From Mobula hypostoma (lineage: Eukaryota), in the NCBI RefSeq assembly GCF_963921235.1, contig NC_086097.1, positions 224,132,001-224,196,000 of the forward strand: DNA of 64,000 bases, read 5' to 3'. The first letter of the stretch is position 1. Every line of letters begins with the position of its first letter. This document shows, piece by piece, positions 1 through 11,750 of the stretch. The notes beneath the pieces are model-generated. The model saw only the letters and a program-made list of their open reading frames with translations. It searched no databases and was not told where the DNA came from. The translations under genes were made by a program, and so were the position numbers.

Positions 1-990
1 TTATCTGTTCCTTTCATAATTTTATCTGTTTCTATATGATCTCATCTCATTCTGAAATCCAGTGAGTTCAGTCCCAGGTGACTCAATCTCTCCTCATAGT
101 CTAAACCCCACCCCCCCAATCTATGGAATTAACTTCATGAACTTCCTCTGCACCGCCTCCAAAGCCAGTATATCCTTCTTCACATAAGGAGACCAGAACT
201 GCATGCAGTACTCCAAGTGCAGCCTAACTAGTACCTTGTATGGTTGCAGCGTAACCTCCCTCCTCTTAAATTCAATCCCTCCAGCAATGAACTGTGACAT
301 TCCATGGGCTTTCTTGATAGCCTGCTGCACTGCACCTGCAAACAAACCTTTTGCAATTCATGTACAAACACTTTCAAGTCTCTGCATAGCAGCATGCTGC
401 ATTTTTTTTACCATTTAAATAATAATCTGCTCTTCCATTTTTCCTTCCAAAGTAGATGACCTTGCATTTACCAACATAGTACTCCATCGGCCAGATTCTT
501 GGCCACTCAATTAACCTATCTGTATCTCTCTGCAAACTCTCCGTATCTTCTGCACAATTTGCTTTTCCACTCAATTTCGTGTCATCAGCAAACTTGAATG
601 GACTACACCCAATCCCCTCTTCTAGATCGTTAATGTATGCCGTGAACAGTTGTGGACCCTGAGGCACACCACACCCCACTGATCGCCAACCAGAGAAACA
701 CCCATGTCTCCCAACTCTCTGCTTCCTATTGGTTAACCAATCCTCGATCCATGCTAGCACATCATCCCCAACTCTCCCACCAAAGGAAACATCCTTTCCA
801 CATCCACTCTGTTAAGGCCTTTCACCTTTCAATAGACTTCAAAGAGGTTACTCCTCATTCTTCTGAATTCCAGTAAATACAAGCCCAGAGCCATCAAACA
901 CTCTTCATGAGAAACCATTCAATCCTTGGAATCATGTTTTGAACCTCCTTTGAACCCTTTCCAGTTTCAGCATATCCTTTCTAAGATAGA
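1..990 (-). mobile_element. CR1-type LINE fragments (RT and 3' region)
   Basis: ORF 374-760 has WIEDWLTNRKQRV..GVPQG..KFADDTK; ORF 121-345 has LVRLHLEYCMQFWSPY. Confidence 0.85.
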
Positions 991-2638
991 GCTTCTGATT
1001 TAATATTTTCTTGCATGATTGGTTTCAGTTGCTAAAGCCATATGGTCATATCTTTTTAAACTGGCTCTGTTTCTGTTTAAAAATGTATCTGCTGTTGCTA
1101 CTGGTCTCGTATCTGTTGTGTTAGATTGATGGTCTAACCTCTCATTTGTGTCCGTTGTAACATGATGGCTTTGATTATCTCAGCCATCTTACAGCTACCT
1201 CCACTTTCCATGAACTTCAGCTAATCCATAGTTCTGTTTCACATTTCCTAGTTTGTCCCAAGTATATTAATTGTTTACTTTTGGTTGTTGATTACATTGG
1301 CTCATGGTCTGGCAGTGCCTATAGTTACAAATATTATCTTTCTGTTCAAATAACTGCTTGACTTTGTTCTTCACTTTTTTTTAATATCTTCAAGCTGTCT
1401 ATCTCTGGGATCGCTGTTTCAGTAATGAACTTTTGTATGTGCCTGGTTTCTTTATCCCACCAATGTTGGCTGTGGATTCAATTGCTCGGGCTACATGGCA
1501 TTACCTTTCTATAAATTTCACTAGCTCTATTCCATTATATTTAAAAATGCATTTAGTAAATGCTTGGTGTTCCTTTTTTATGATAATTCTCCTGAATAGT
1601 TAGTAAAGTGTCCCTATATAAAAGGTGCTATATAAATGCAAATTGTTATCCATGCCTGATAAATGACGTTTAATTTGGAAGAGAATGTGGTGCACATCAG
1701 AAAAAAAATTCTACAGGTAGGAAACTGAAATAAAAGGAATGTTGGAAATATCTGCTCTGGCATCATGGCGGATGTGTGAAGAGTGGCGGTGGGGAAAAAT
1801 ATTTTGGACACAAAGTAGAGAGAAATGACAGGATTGAAGTGAAGATTTGTGATAGGGTTGAAGACCTGGCAGTAAATCACATTGGTTGATTGATGGCAAA
1901 GGAGTGGTGTCAGAGCATCGTAGGGAGTAAAACATGCTTCTTGGAGAGGGACAAGTGGTTTCTGGTAATGATTCTGCTTTCCATTGGCTGAAGTAGGTTT
2001 TCAGTGATGTGTGCTGAGGGTGGGATAGGATGTATGGCTCTGCATACAGCTGGTGTGCAGCACACAGTCCATTCACTTAAGAAACAGCCTGTTTAAAGAA
2101 CAGAAGAAACAAATTTAATCAGAATTATTTCCTGGAAAAAAAATGCTACAAATGAAGGATAGTTGGATTTATTTATTTATTTAGAGGCCCATCTGGCCCA
2201 TCTAGCAGCATCGCCCAGCAACCCACCGAATTAACCCTAGCCTAATCATGCGACAACTTACAATGAGCGATTAACCTACTAACTGGTACATCTTTGAAAT
2301 GTGTGAGGAAACCAGAGCATCTGGAGGAAACCCAAGCATTCATGACATTCACTGAAATATATATTTAAGTAACCTGCAGCACTGTTATTCCTAAGCTTGA
2401 CTGAGAGTGAGGTTACCTATTCACCTCCACATTGATTGCTGAGGGCCTACCACTGTGCACAGTCTACCTGAAGTTGTTAAACTCTTAAAGTTTGATTTTT
2501 CTTAATGTAAGGTGAAGTTCAGTTCTTCAAGTTGTATTCAACCACTGTTGAAGGTAGAGGACAGAGGGTAGAGTGGGAGCTGAATGGAGATCACCTGCCG
2601 ATCTCTCTATAATCTAAAGGACATTTATTTGATTTCAG

Positions 2639-2733
2639 GCCAAATTGCAAACACAGAATCTGAATTAAAGAAACTTGCTCAGGAACACCCAGAATTAAGT
2701 GAAGCATATTTGACAAAGCAAAAACAAATAAAG
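2639..2733 (+). CDS. GDAP1: GDAP1 internal coding exon (equivalent to human exon 4)
   Basis: tttcag acceptor and gtaaga donor. The 95-bp exon translates (S)QIANTESELKKLAQEHPELSEAYLTKQKQIK, resembling human SQIGNTESELKKLAEENPDLQEAYIAKQKRLK, and joins in phase 0 to the next exon. Confidence 0.93.
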
Positions 2734-2886
2734 GTAAGAGGTTATATAACTTGCAGTTAAAGAGTCAAGCATGTTCTTTTTTTCTCGCAAAGAAGAGGAA
2801 TTCTGCAGATGCTGGAAATTCAAGCAACACACATCAAAGTTGCTGGTGAACGCAGCAGGCCAGGCAGCATCTCTAGGCAGAGGTAC

Positions 2887-2922
2887 AGTCGACGTTTCAG
2901 GCCAAGACCCTTCGTCAGGACT
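2887..2922 (-). ncRNA. Minimal type-I hammerhead ribozyme in PLE pLTR
   Basis: Reverse complement reads AGUC-CUGACGA-A-GGGU-CUUG-GCCU-GAAA-CGUC-GACU: conserved core, stems I and II, palindromic ACGU stem III. Confidence 0.8.
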
Positions 2923-3652
2923 AATTGAAGGAAGAGTTAGTAAGAGGTTTGAAAGTGGGAGGGAGAGGGGGAGATCCAAAATGATAGGAGAAGACAGGAG
3001 GGGGAGGGAGGGAGCCAAGAGCTGGACAGGTGATTGGCAAAGGGGATATGAGAAGATCATGGGACAGGAGGCCCAGGGAGAAGGAAAAGGGGGGGAAGGG
3101 GGGAGAAACCCAGAGGATGGGCAAGGGGTATAGTCAGAGGGACAGAGGGAGAAAAAGGAGAGTGAGAGAAAGAATGTGTCCCAGTGGCCGCACATTTTAA
3201 TTCCACATCCCATTCCCATTCTGACATGTCTGTCCATGGCCGCCTCTACTGTAAAGATGAAGCCACATTGAGGTTGGAGGAACAACACATTATATTCCGT
3301 CTGGGTAGCCTCCAACCTGATGGCATGAACATCGACTTCTCTAACTTCCACTAATGCCCCACCTCCCCCTCGTACCCCATCTGTTATTTATTTTTATACA
3401 CACATTCTTTCTCCCACTCTCCTTTGTCTCCCTCTGTCCCTCTGACTATACCCCTTGCCCATCCTCTGGGTTTCTCCCCCCCCCCCATTTTCCTTCTCCC
3501 CGGGTCTCCTGTCCCATGATCCTCTCATATCCCCTTTGCCAATCACCTGTCCAGCTCTTGGCTCCATTCCCCCCCCCCCCGTCTTCTCCTATCATTTTGG
3601 ATCTCCCCTCCCCCTCCCACTTTCAAATCTCTTACTAACTCTTCCTTCAGTT

Positions 3653-3688
3653 AGGCCTGATGAAGCGTCTCAGTCTGAAACGTCGACT
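3653..3688 (+). ncRNA. Degenerate hammerhead ribozyme (sense to GDAP1)
   Basis: aggcctgatgaagcgtctcagtctgaaacgtcgact: core kept, but 5 substitutions versus the family consensus, including in stems I and II. Confidence 0.6.
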
Positions 3689-4675
3689 GTACCTCTGCCT
3701 AGAGATGTTGCCTGGCCTGCTGCGTTCACCAGCAACTTTGATGTGTGTTGCATGTTTTTTTTTTCTCTTGTTATTGTTTAACATGGAAATCAGTTGTCAA
3801 AATCCTTTCTCGCATTTCCTGTAATATGTTTGAGAGCATAAGACGTATGTGCAGAATTAGGCCATTTGGCCCATCATGGTTGATTGAACCCTACTCAACC
3901 CCATTCTCTTGCTTTTTCTCTGTAACCTTTGACACACTGATTAATCAAGAACCTATCAACCTCTGCTTTAAATATATCCAAGCCCTTGGCCTCCACAGCT
4001 GTCTGTGGCAATGAACTCCACAGATTCACCACCCTTTGCCTAAAAAAAAATTCTTCCTCATCTCTGTTCAAAATGAATGTCTCTCTACTCTGAGGCTGTG
4101 CCCTCTAGTTTTAGACTCATCCATTAGATGAGTCTTCACATCTAATCCTCTCCACATCTAATCCTGTCCAGACCTTTCAATATTGGATAGGTTTCAATGA
4201 GATTCCCCCTCATTCTTCTAAATTCCAATGAGTACAAGCCCAGAGCAATCAAATGCTCCTCGCATATTAACTCTTTCATTCCAGAAAAGATTCTTATGAA
4301 CCTCCTCTGGACCCTCTCCAATGCTAGCACATCCTTCCTTAGATAAGGGCCCAAAACTGCTCTCAAAACTCTTGAGTGAGGCCTCACCAGTGCTTTATAA
4401 AGCCTCAACATTACATTCTTGCTTTTATATTCTAGTCCTCTCAAAATGAATGCTAATATTGCACTAACCTTTTTTTTTACCACTGAATCAACCTGCAAGT
4501 TAACCTTTAGGGAATCCTGCAAAATGACTTCCAAGTCCCTTGCATCTCTTATTTTTGAATTTTCTTCCTGTTCAGAAAATAATCTACGCTTTTATTCTTT
4601 CTACTAAAGTGTATGATCGTACGACCCCCTATGATTCCATCTACCACTTCTTTGCCCATTCTCCTAATTTGTCAA

Positions 4676-4815
4676 TGTAAACACGAAATCTGCAGATGCT
4701 GGAAATCCAAGCAACACACACAAAATACTGGTGGAATGCAGCAGGCTAGGCAGCATCTATAGGTAGAGGTACAGTCGACGTTTCGGGCTGAGACCCTTCG
4801 TCAGGACTCATTGTC
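4676..4815 (-). mobile_element. Short PLE-derived element containing only the hammerhead (4773-4808) and 3' tail
   Basis: acacgaaatctgcagatgctgg...cagtcgacgtttcgggctgagacccttcgtcaggact, flanked by 10-bp TSD aatttgtcaa (4666-4675, 4816-4825) inside a CR1. Confidence 0.8.
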
Positions 4816-7259
4816 AATTTGTCAAGTCCTTTTGCAGATTCCCTGCTTCTACATCACTACCTGCCCTCCACCTATTGTCTTATTGTCTGCAAACTTGGGC
4901 ACAAAACCATCAAGTCTGTAATCCAAATCATTGACATATAACGTGAAAATAAGTGGTTCCAAGACTGCACCCTGAGGAGCACCACTAGCCACTGGCTGCC
5001 ATCTCTGGCTCCTGCCAGTCAATTAGTCTTCTATCCATGCTAGTATCTTTCCTGTAATGTAGCCTTGTTATGTAGCCTTGTGTGTGGCATCTTGCCAAAG
5101 ACCTTCTGGAAATCCAAGAAAACAACATCCACTGGCTCTCCTTTGATTATCCTGCCTGTTATTTCCTCAAAGAATTCCAACAGATTTGTCAGGCAAGATG
5201 TTTCCTTAAGAAAACCATACTTTGGCCTATTGTATCATGTTCCCTGAAATCTCATATTTAATAAAGAATTCCAACATCTTCCCAGCCACTGAAGCCAGGC
5301 TAACTGACCTATAATTTCCTTTTATCTGCCTTCCACCCTTAAAGAGTGGAGTGATATTTGCAATTTTCCAGTGCTCTTTGAACCATTCCAGAATCTGGTG
5401 ATTCTTGAAAGATAACTATTTATTGAGGTACAGCATGGAATAAGTTCTTCTGGCCCTTCAATTTGTGCTGCTGAGCAATCCCCTGATTTAATCCTAGCCT
5501 AAACACAGGACAATTAAAGTGACCTATCAACCTCCCTTTGGACTGTGGGAGGAAACTGGAGCATCTGGAGGAAATGCATGCGGTCATGGGGAGAAAGTAC
5601 AAACTCCTTACAGATGGTGACGGGAATACATCTATAATTTCTGCAGCTACCTATTTCAGAACCCTTGGTGTCTTCTATCTGGTCATGGTGATTTAACTAC
5701 CTTCACACCTTTCAGCTTCCCAATAATCATCTTAGTAATAGCAACTACAGTCACTTCCCGGCACACTCCAATTTCTTGCATACTGTTGACGATTTCCACA
5801 GGTAACACTGACGCGAGATACTTATTAAGTTCATGTGCCATTTTTTGTCCTCTGTTACTACCTCTTCAATGTAATTTTCCACCACTCTGATGTTTGCTCT
5901 CGCCTTTCTTTTACTCTTTAAAGATCTGAAAAATCTCTTTGTATCCTCTCTTATATTTTAGGCTAGCGTACCTTGATATATCATCTGTTCTCTTCTTATG
6001 CCTTTTTTTTAGTTGCCTTCTGTGGGTTTTTCAAAAGCTTCCGAATCCTCTCACTTCCCACCAATTTTTGCTATATTGTGGCCTTCTGGATGATCCCAGC
6101 CATTATAAATACTCTTCAGAGATTGTCTGACTGATGTCAGTGGTCGTGTAACCAGGACTTGTGATGTGCACCAGCTGCTCATATGACCATCCACCACCCG
6201 AACCTGCACCACCTGCTTCATGTGACCTTGATCAGAGAGCTAAGCAGATGGTACACCTTGCCCAAGGGTGACCTGCAGGCTAGCAGCAAGAAGGAGCTTC
6301 TTGCATCTCCACCCTGCCACCTTACTCGACGCTAATACTTATATATCTGACTATAACTTCAAACTGCAGGGTGTATTTTATCATCTTATGATCACTGTCT
6401 CCTAAGAATCCCTTTACCTTAAACTCCCTATTCAAATCTGGTTCATTTCACAACATCCAATCTAAAATTGCCCTTTCCCCAGTGGGCTCAACTACAAACT
6501 GCTGTTTAATTTGTACCCAACTTTCCGGCTACTGTTCGGAGGCCTCTTAAATCTACCCACAAGAATTCCTCATCTTCTGATCCTATGTCACATCTTTCTA
6601 AGGATTTGATATGATTTTTCAGCAATAGAGCCGCACCACCCCATCTGCCTACCTGCCTGTTCTTTCGATACAAATATGTATCATTGGATGTTAAGCTCCC
6701 AACTATGATCTTCTTTCCACCACAACTCAGTGATGCCCACCTGCCAATATTTAACCTACCTTATTGTGTACAGTGCTTGCATTGAAATATAACATCTTCA
6801 ATCCTGTTTTAACCACTCTCTTCAATTTTGCAGCCATATTATACTTCAACTCCTCTCACTGACAGCAGTTGTGTCCTATCATATGCCTGTCCATCTTCAC
6901 CGTCTCACCACGCACTGCATCTACTTGTGCACCAGCTGCCTCATTGTCAGCCTTACCACGCTGGTTCCCAACCCCCTGCCAATTTAGTTTAAGCACTCCC
7001 CAACTGCTCCAGCAAAACTGTCTGCAAGGATATTGGTCTCCCAGGAGTTCAGGTGTAACCTGTCCTTTTTAACAGGTCGTTCATCATTTCCCCAGAAGAG
7101 ATCCCAGTGATCCAGAAACCTGAAATCTTCCCCCTGCACTAATTCCTCAGCCACACATCCATCTGACAAATCATCCTATTCTTACTCTCACTGGTACATG
7201 CCACAGGCAGCAGTCCAGAAATTACTGCCCTTGAAGTCCAGCTTTTTTTGATCCAGTAC

Positions 7260-7940
7260 AGTTGGCCCTCCACACTAGACAGTGATACAACCAGTTAGAA
7301 TGCTCTCCACAGTACATCTGTAGAAATTTGTGAGCGTCTTTGTTGACATACCAAGTCTTCATTCTAACTGCTGTCATGCTTTCTTTGTAATTGCATCAGT
7401 CTCTTGGGCCCAGGATAGATCTTCAGTGATGATGACTCCCAGGAACTTGAAACTGCTCACCAGTTCCACTGCTGATCCCTTGATGAGGACTCAACTTCCC
7501 CTTCCTGAAGTCCACAGTCATGATGTTGAGTGCAAAGTGGTTGTTGTGACTCCACTTAACCAGCTGATCTAAAATTCTGCTAACAATAGTTATGTTGTTG
7601 GCAAATTTATAGGTGGTGTTTGAGCTGTGCCCTGCCACACAGTTGTGGATGTAGAGAGAGTAGAACAGTGGGCTAAGTATGCATCCTTGAGGTGTGCCAG
7701 GGTTGATATGCAGCGAGAAGATGTTATTTCTGTTCTACACTGACTGTGGTCTCCCAGCGAGGAAGTCAAGGATCCACTTGTAGAGGGAGGTACAGAGGGC
7801 CACACTTTGGAGTTTGTTGGTTAGAACTGACGGTATCATTGTGTTGAACACCGAGCTATAGTCAATAAGCAGCAACCTTATTTACTGTTGTCCAGGTGAT
7901 AAAAGGCAGTGAGCAAGTGAGATTAGATTGCTGTAGATTT
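7260..7940 (-). mobile_element. Rex1/Babar-type LINE fragment
   Basis: YKFANNITIV..LVKWSHNNHFALN..VDFRK on the minus strand. Confidence 0.7.
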
Positions 7941-8209
7941 ATCCAAAGCAGTATACTTATTATTGAGTGGAACGGCCCCAGGTACTTTGCAGTAGTTGCT
8001 TATTCCCTCTCCTAACAGTCATCTAGCTACCTGCCTCCTGCAATTTAGTGGTGACTACCTCCCGGTGGCTTTATCTATCTCCTCCTCATTCAACGTATGA
8101 GCAGAAGGTCATCAAGCTGCACCTCTAGTTCCTTAACAATCTCTAATGAACTGTAGCTCATTGCACTTTGTGCAGATGTATTTTTCGGGGAAGCTGGAGG
8201 TCTCCCAGA

Positions 8210-8845
8210 TTTCAAGAAGACTAGAATATAAAACCAGGATGTAATGCTGAGGCTTTATAAAGCACTGGTGAAGCTTCACTTAGAGTATTGTGAGCAGTTT
8301 TGGGCCCATTATCTCTTTTTAAAATAAAAGATGTGCTGACATTGGAGAGGGTTCAAAGCGGGTTCATGAAAATGATTCTGGGATTAAAAGGCTTGTCGTA
8401 TGAAGAGCATTTGATGGCTCTGGACCTATACTCACTGGAATTCAGAAGAATGAGTGGTGGCCTAATTGAAACCTAATTGATCTATATTGAAATGCCTCGA
8501 TAGAGTGGATGCGGAGAGGATGTTTCCTATGGTGGGAGAGTCTAGGACCAGAGAATACGCCTCAGGATAGATGGGCGTCCTTTTAGAACAGAAATGAGGA
8601 ATTTCTTTAGCCAGAGAGTGGTGAATCTGTGGAATTCTTAGCCACAGGGAGCTGTGGAGGCCACATCTTTATGTATATTTAAGGCAGAGGTTGATAGATT
8701 CTTGATCGGTCAGGGTATGAAGGGATATGGGGAAAAAGCAGGGAATTGTGGCTGAGATGGAAAATGGATCAGCCATGATGAAATGGTGGAACAGACTCGA
8801 TGGGTCAAATGGTCTAATTCTGCTCCTTTACCTTATGGTCTTAAT
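8210..8845 (+). mobile_element. CR1 3' end fragment
   Basis: ctagaatataaaaccaggatgtaatgctgaggctttataaagcactggtg... through the 3' UTR ctgctcctttaccttatggtctta. Confidence 0.8.
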
Positions 8846-9619
8846 TCCCACATCTCACACAAAGAACATACCCCGGACCCACTTTCCACGTACTTATAAA
8901 CAAAGAATGAGGGGAAAAAAGAACTTGCTGAAAAACTAACTGACTTCAGTATGTTCTTGCTGAAGCCTGTGGATCCTAAAGTGTCCCACTCTAACCCTGG
9001 CCCATTCCAACTATGTGTGCTCCCACAATGGCCACTCCACTTGCACTTTGCTTCTTTTAATTGACCTTTGCTAAGCTATTAATAACTCTGCTTGCTTTTT
9101 AAACCTGGTGCGTAAAATCCACAAAGAACTGTTTTTAACTCTCTGTCATCTCCCACTCAGCAGACAAGTCCCAACAGTGTCCACTTGCTTTTTTGTATTA
9201 TTTCTAGTAATGCTGACTTCTAGTAATCTAGAATTATTTGGAACAGTTTTTGTATTAAAACTGTATTGTGCTAAATATTAATTTGCCAGAAAATTCAAAA
9301 ATTGACAATCATTGACAAACTGTCTTATATGATTCAAACACAGTTAATTTGAATCAAAGTTCTGTCAGTTAGTTTTTGTACTTGTATATTCACAAGGAGG
9401 ATCCTTCAGGAGGTTGGAAAGATCATATTGCAGGAAAAGTGCTGATGAGGCACAAATATACTTACTGAAAATGCTTAATTATTCTATGCCTCAATACATT
9501 GTGTCGTTGTAAATCCTCTTGATTAATTTGATATCTTTGTACTTCTCTGAAAAGGGAAATAAACTCCTTTCCTCCATATAAATTACATTGACGTAGTTTT
9601 GTTACTGTTTTTCCTTCAG

Positions 9620-9734
9620 TCTAAGATACGAGATCATGATAATGTAAACTATCTGAAAAAAATATTCTGTGAGCTGGAAAATGTTCTAGACCAGGTGGAG
9701 ACTGAGTTGCAGAGAAGGATTGAAGAAACTCCGG
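9620..9734 (+). CDS. GDAP1: GDAP1 internal coding exon (equivalent to human exon 5)
   Basis: ttccttcag acceptor and gtcagt donor. The 115-bp exon translates SKIRDHDNVNYLKKIFCELENVLDQVETELQRRIEETP (GST C-terminal-like domain) and ends in phase 1. Confidence 0.95.
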
Positions 9735-10322
9735 GTCAGTATCAAATAAATTACTTTTACACTTAATTCCACATAATTCTACTTCTTTCTCATTGCCACA
9801 GGATAAATTTGAGGGAAAATCCCGCAAGTGCAGGCATTTTGAGGTCTTTGATATTTTGCTGTATAAGATCCATTGGGGTAGATAGTTTGAGGATTTTTTT
9901 TTCTCACTTGTTGGAAAGTACTTCAAAAATGAGAAGAAGTCAAAACTCTACTGTTGGTGTCAATCTATGTTAAAATTCTAGCCTTGATTAGTGTTAGTAT
10001 GTATTTAAAATGAAGTAAAATATCAGCTTAGATCTTGACTTCCATGTCCTTGTGTTGTGTTGTTCTTGAGTCTTGTTAGATCACATCTTGATTCGCATTT
10101 CCTGTTTGGTGTTTTCTAAGAATACAACTCTCCTCCCTAGCAGATGAGGGAAGTCTAAAATTGTTGCTTTGTTACTGTAGTTTCATTAGAAGGAGAACTT
10201 GTAATAGTGAACTAATAAAACAACACTTGAAATTGTGGAAAATACTGTATAAGACAATAAATATAAGAAATGTAAGTATAAAACTTGCAACATATTTATC
10301 TGGATTTCTTTCTGTTGAGCAG

Positions 10323-10666
10323 AAGAAGGACATCAGCCATGGCTCTGTGGTGAATCTTTTACACTTGCAGATGTCTCACTCAGTGTAACATTGCATCGCC
10401 TCAAGTTCCTTGGACTTGCCCGAAAATACTGGGGAAGTGGAAATCGCCCAAATTTAGAATCTTATTATGAACGTGTGTTGCAACGAAGGACTTTTCGAAA
10501 GGTCTTGGGGAATGTGAACAACATTTTGCTTTCAGCAGTGCTGCCTACTGCTTTCCGAGTTGCTAAGAAACGTGCTCCCTCCTTTTTGGGAGCTAGTTTT
10601 GTAGTAAGTCTGCTGGGGGGATTAGGTTATTTAGCATTCGTGTTCCTAAAAAAGAGGCTATCATAG
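10323..10666 (+). CDS. GDAP1: GDAP1 terminal coding exon with hydrophobic domain and C-terminal tail anchor
   Basis: gcag acceptor. Translates EEGHQPWLCGESFTLADVSLSVTLHRLKFLGLARKYWGSGNRPNLESYYERVL...NNILLSAVLPTAFRVAKKRAPSFLGASFVVSLLGGLGYLAFVFLKKRLS*, in phase with the previous exon. Confidence 0.95.
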
Positions 10667-11030
10667 GTTTTCTCAGCATGAAATTACTACGTATTCAGCA
10701 AAACTTTCGCTGAGCTGTAATGCTGCAATCACTGCACTTAGCAGACTAAGATAGACTAATCAAGGAACATTGAAGTTATGTTTTGTGTAAAGGAGTTGCT
10801 GTCATTTTATTTAATTATTTTTAAAGAGTATGTTTGTGAAATGTGGAATCTGTGCACAATGCAACTCAATTGTAAACTTTTAAGAACTCGTAACATTTTT
10901 TGCTCCAGGTAATTGTGGGAATAGATTATTCTGTTGTAATGTTTATGGATTTTACACATTAACGGATAAACTTCAGACTGCAGGCAAATCAAAAGTTTGT
11001 AGCTACTTGAATGTATTTGTTACTTGCACA

Positions 11031-11750
11031 CCATGAGGGGAAGATCCTGCCTCACCAACCTATTGGAATTTTTTGAGGTAATCTCAAATAAAATTGACAA
11101 GGGAGAGGCTGTGGATGTTGTGTATTTGGATTTTCAGAAGGCCTTCGATAAGGTGCCGCATAAGAGGCTGTTTAATAAGATGAGAGCCCATGGAATTACA
11201 GGAAAGATATTGCAATGGGTGGAGCACTGGCTGATAGGCAGAAAGCAAAGGGTGGGAATAAAGGGATCCTATTCTGATTGGTTGCCGGTTACTAGTGGTG
11301 TTCCGCAGGGGTCTGTGTTGGGGCCGCTTCCTTTTATAATCTATATCGATGATTTAGATTATGGATTAAATGGTTTTGTGGCTAAGTTTGTGGATGACAC
11401 CAAGATAGGTGGAGGAGCAGGAAGTGTTGAAGAAACGGAAAGGTTGCAGAGAGACTTGGTCAGTTTAGGAGAGTGGGCAAAGAAATGGCAGATGAGATAC
11501 AATGTTGAGAAATGTATGGTTGTGCATTTTGGAAGAAGAAATAATTGGGCAGATCATAATTTAGATGAGAAAATTCAAAAATTGGAAGTGTAAAGGGACT
11601 TGGGGGGTCCTCATGCAGGATACCCTTAAGGTTAACCACCAGGTTGGATCGGCAGTAAGGAAAGCGAATGCTATGTTGGCATTCATTTCAAGAGGAATAG
11701 TATATAAGAATAATGGCCTACTTCTGCTCCTTTGTCTTGTGATCATTTAA
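11031..11750 (+). mobile_element. CR1 RT fragment just downstream of the GDAP1 stop (probable 3' UTR)
   Basis: GRSCLTNLLEFF..YLDFQKAFDKVPH..GVPQGSVLGP..KFVDDTK. Confidence 0.9.

Larger units (their letters stand above)
2787..3750. mobile_element. Penelope-like element remnant with inverted pseudo-LTRs, in GDAP1 intron
   Basis: Left arm 2787-3179 is the reverse complement of the right arm. The GIY-YIG C-terminus lies at 3180-3354. TSD gcatgtt(c/t)tttttttctc at 2769-2786 and 3750-3767. Confidence 0.9.
3835..9150 (-). mobile_element. Long decayed CR1 LINE (3' end, RT, ORF1 esterase-like region) interrupted by nested insertions
   Basis: 3' part at 4142-4534 (LYKALVRPH..VQRRF), RT remnants to about 5400, and a CR1 ORF1 esterase-like motif FRFLDHWDLFWG..LHLN..TNILA at 6984-7169. 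The outer boundary is approximate. Confidence 0.7.

Noticed and set aside
990..1620. AT-rich stretch possibly from an old retroelement or an upstream GDAP1 exon
   Set aside because: I could not recognise a GDAP1 peptide or a diagnostic TE motif.
2695..3781. Several 100-220 aa Pro/Gly/Leu-rich ORFs
   Set aside because: They are incidental frames of the purine/pyrimidine-skewed pLTR, repeated at every copy.
11024..11593. RT ORF as a domesticated gene or extra GDAP1 exon
   Set aside because: It lies after the GDAP1 stop, is truncated and frameshifted, and is a typical CR1 fragment.
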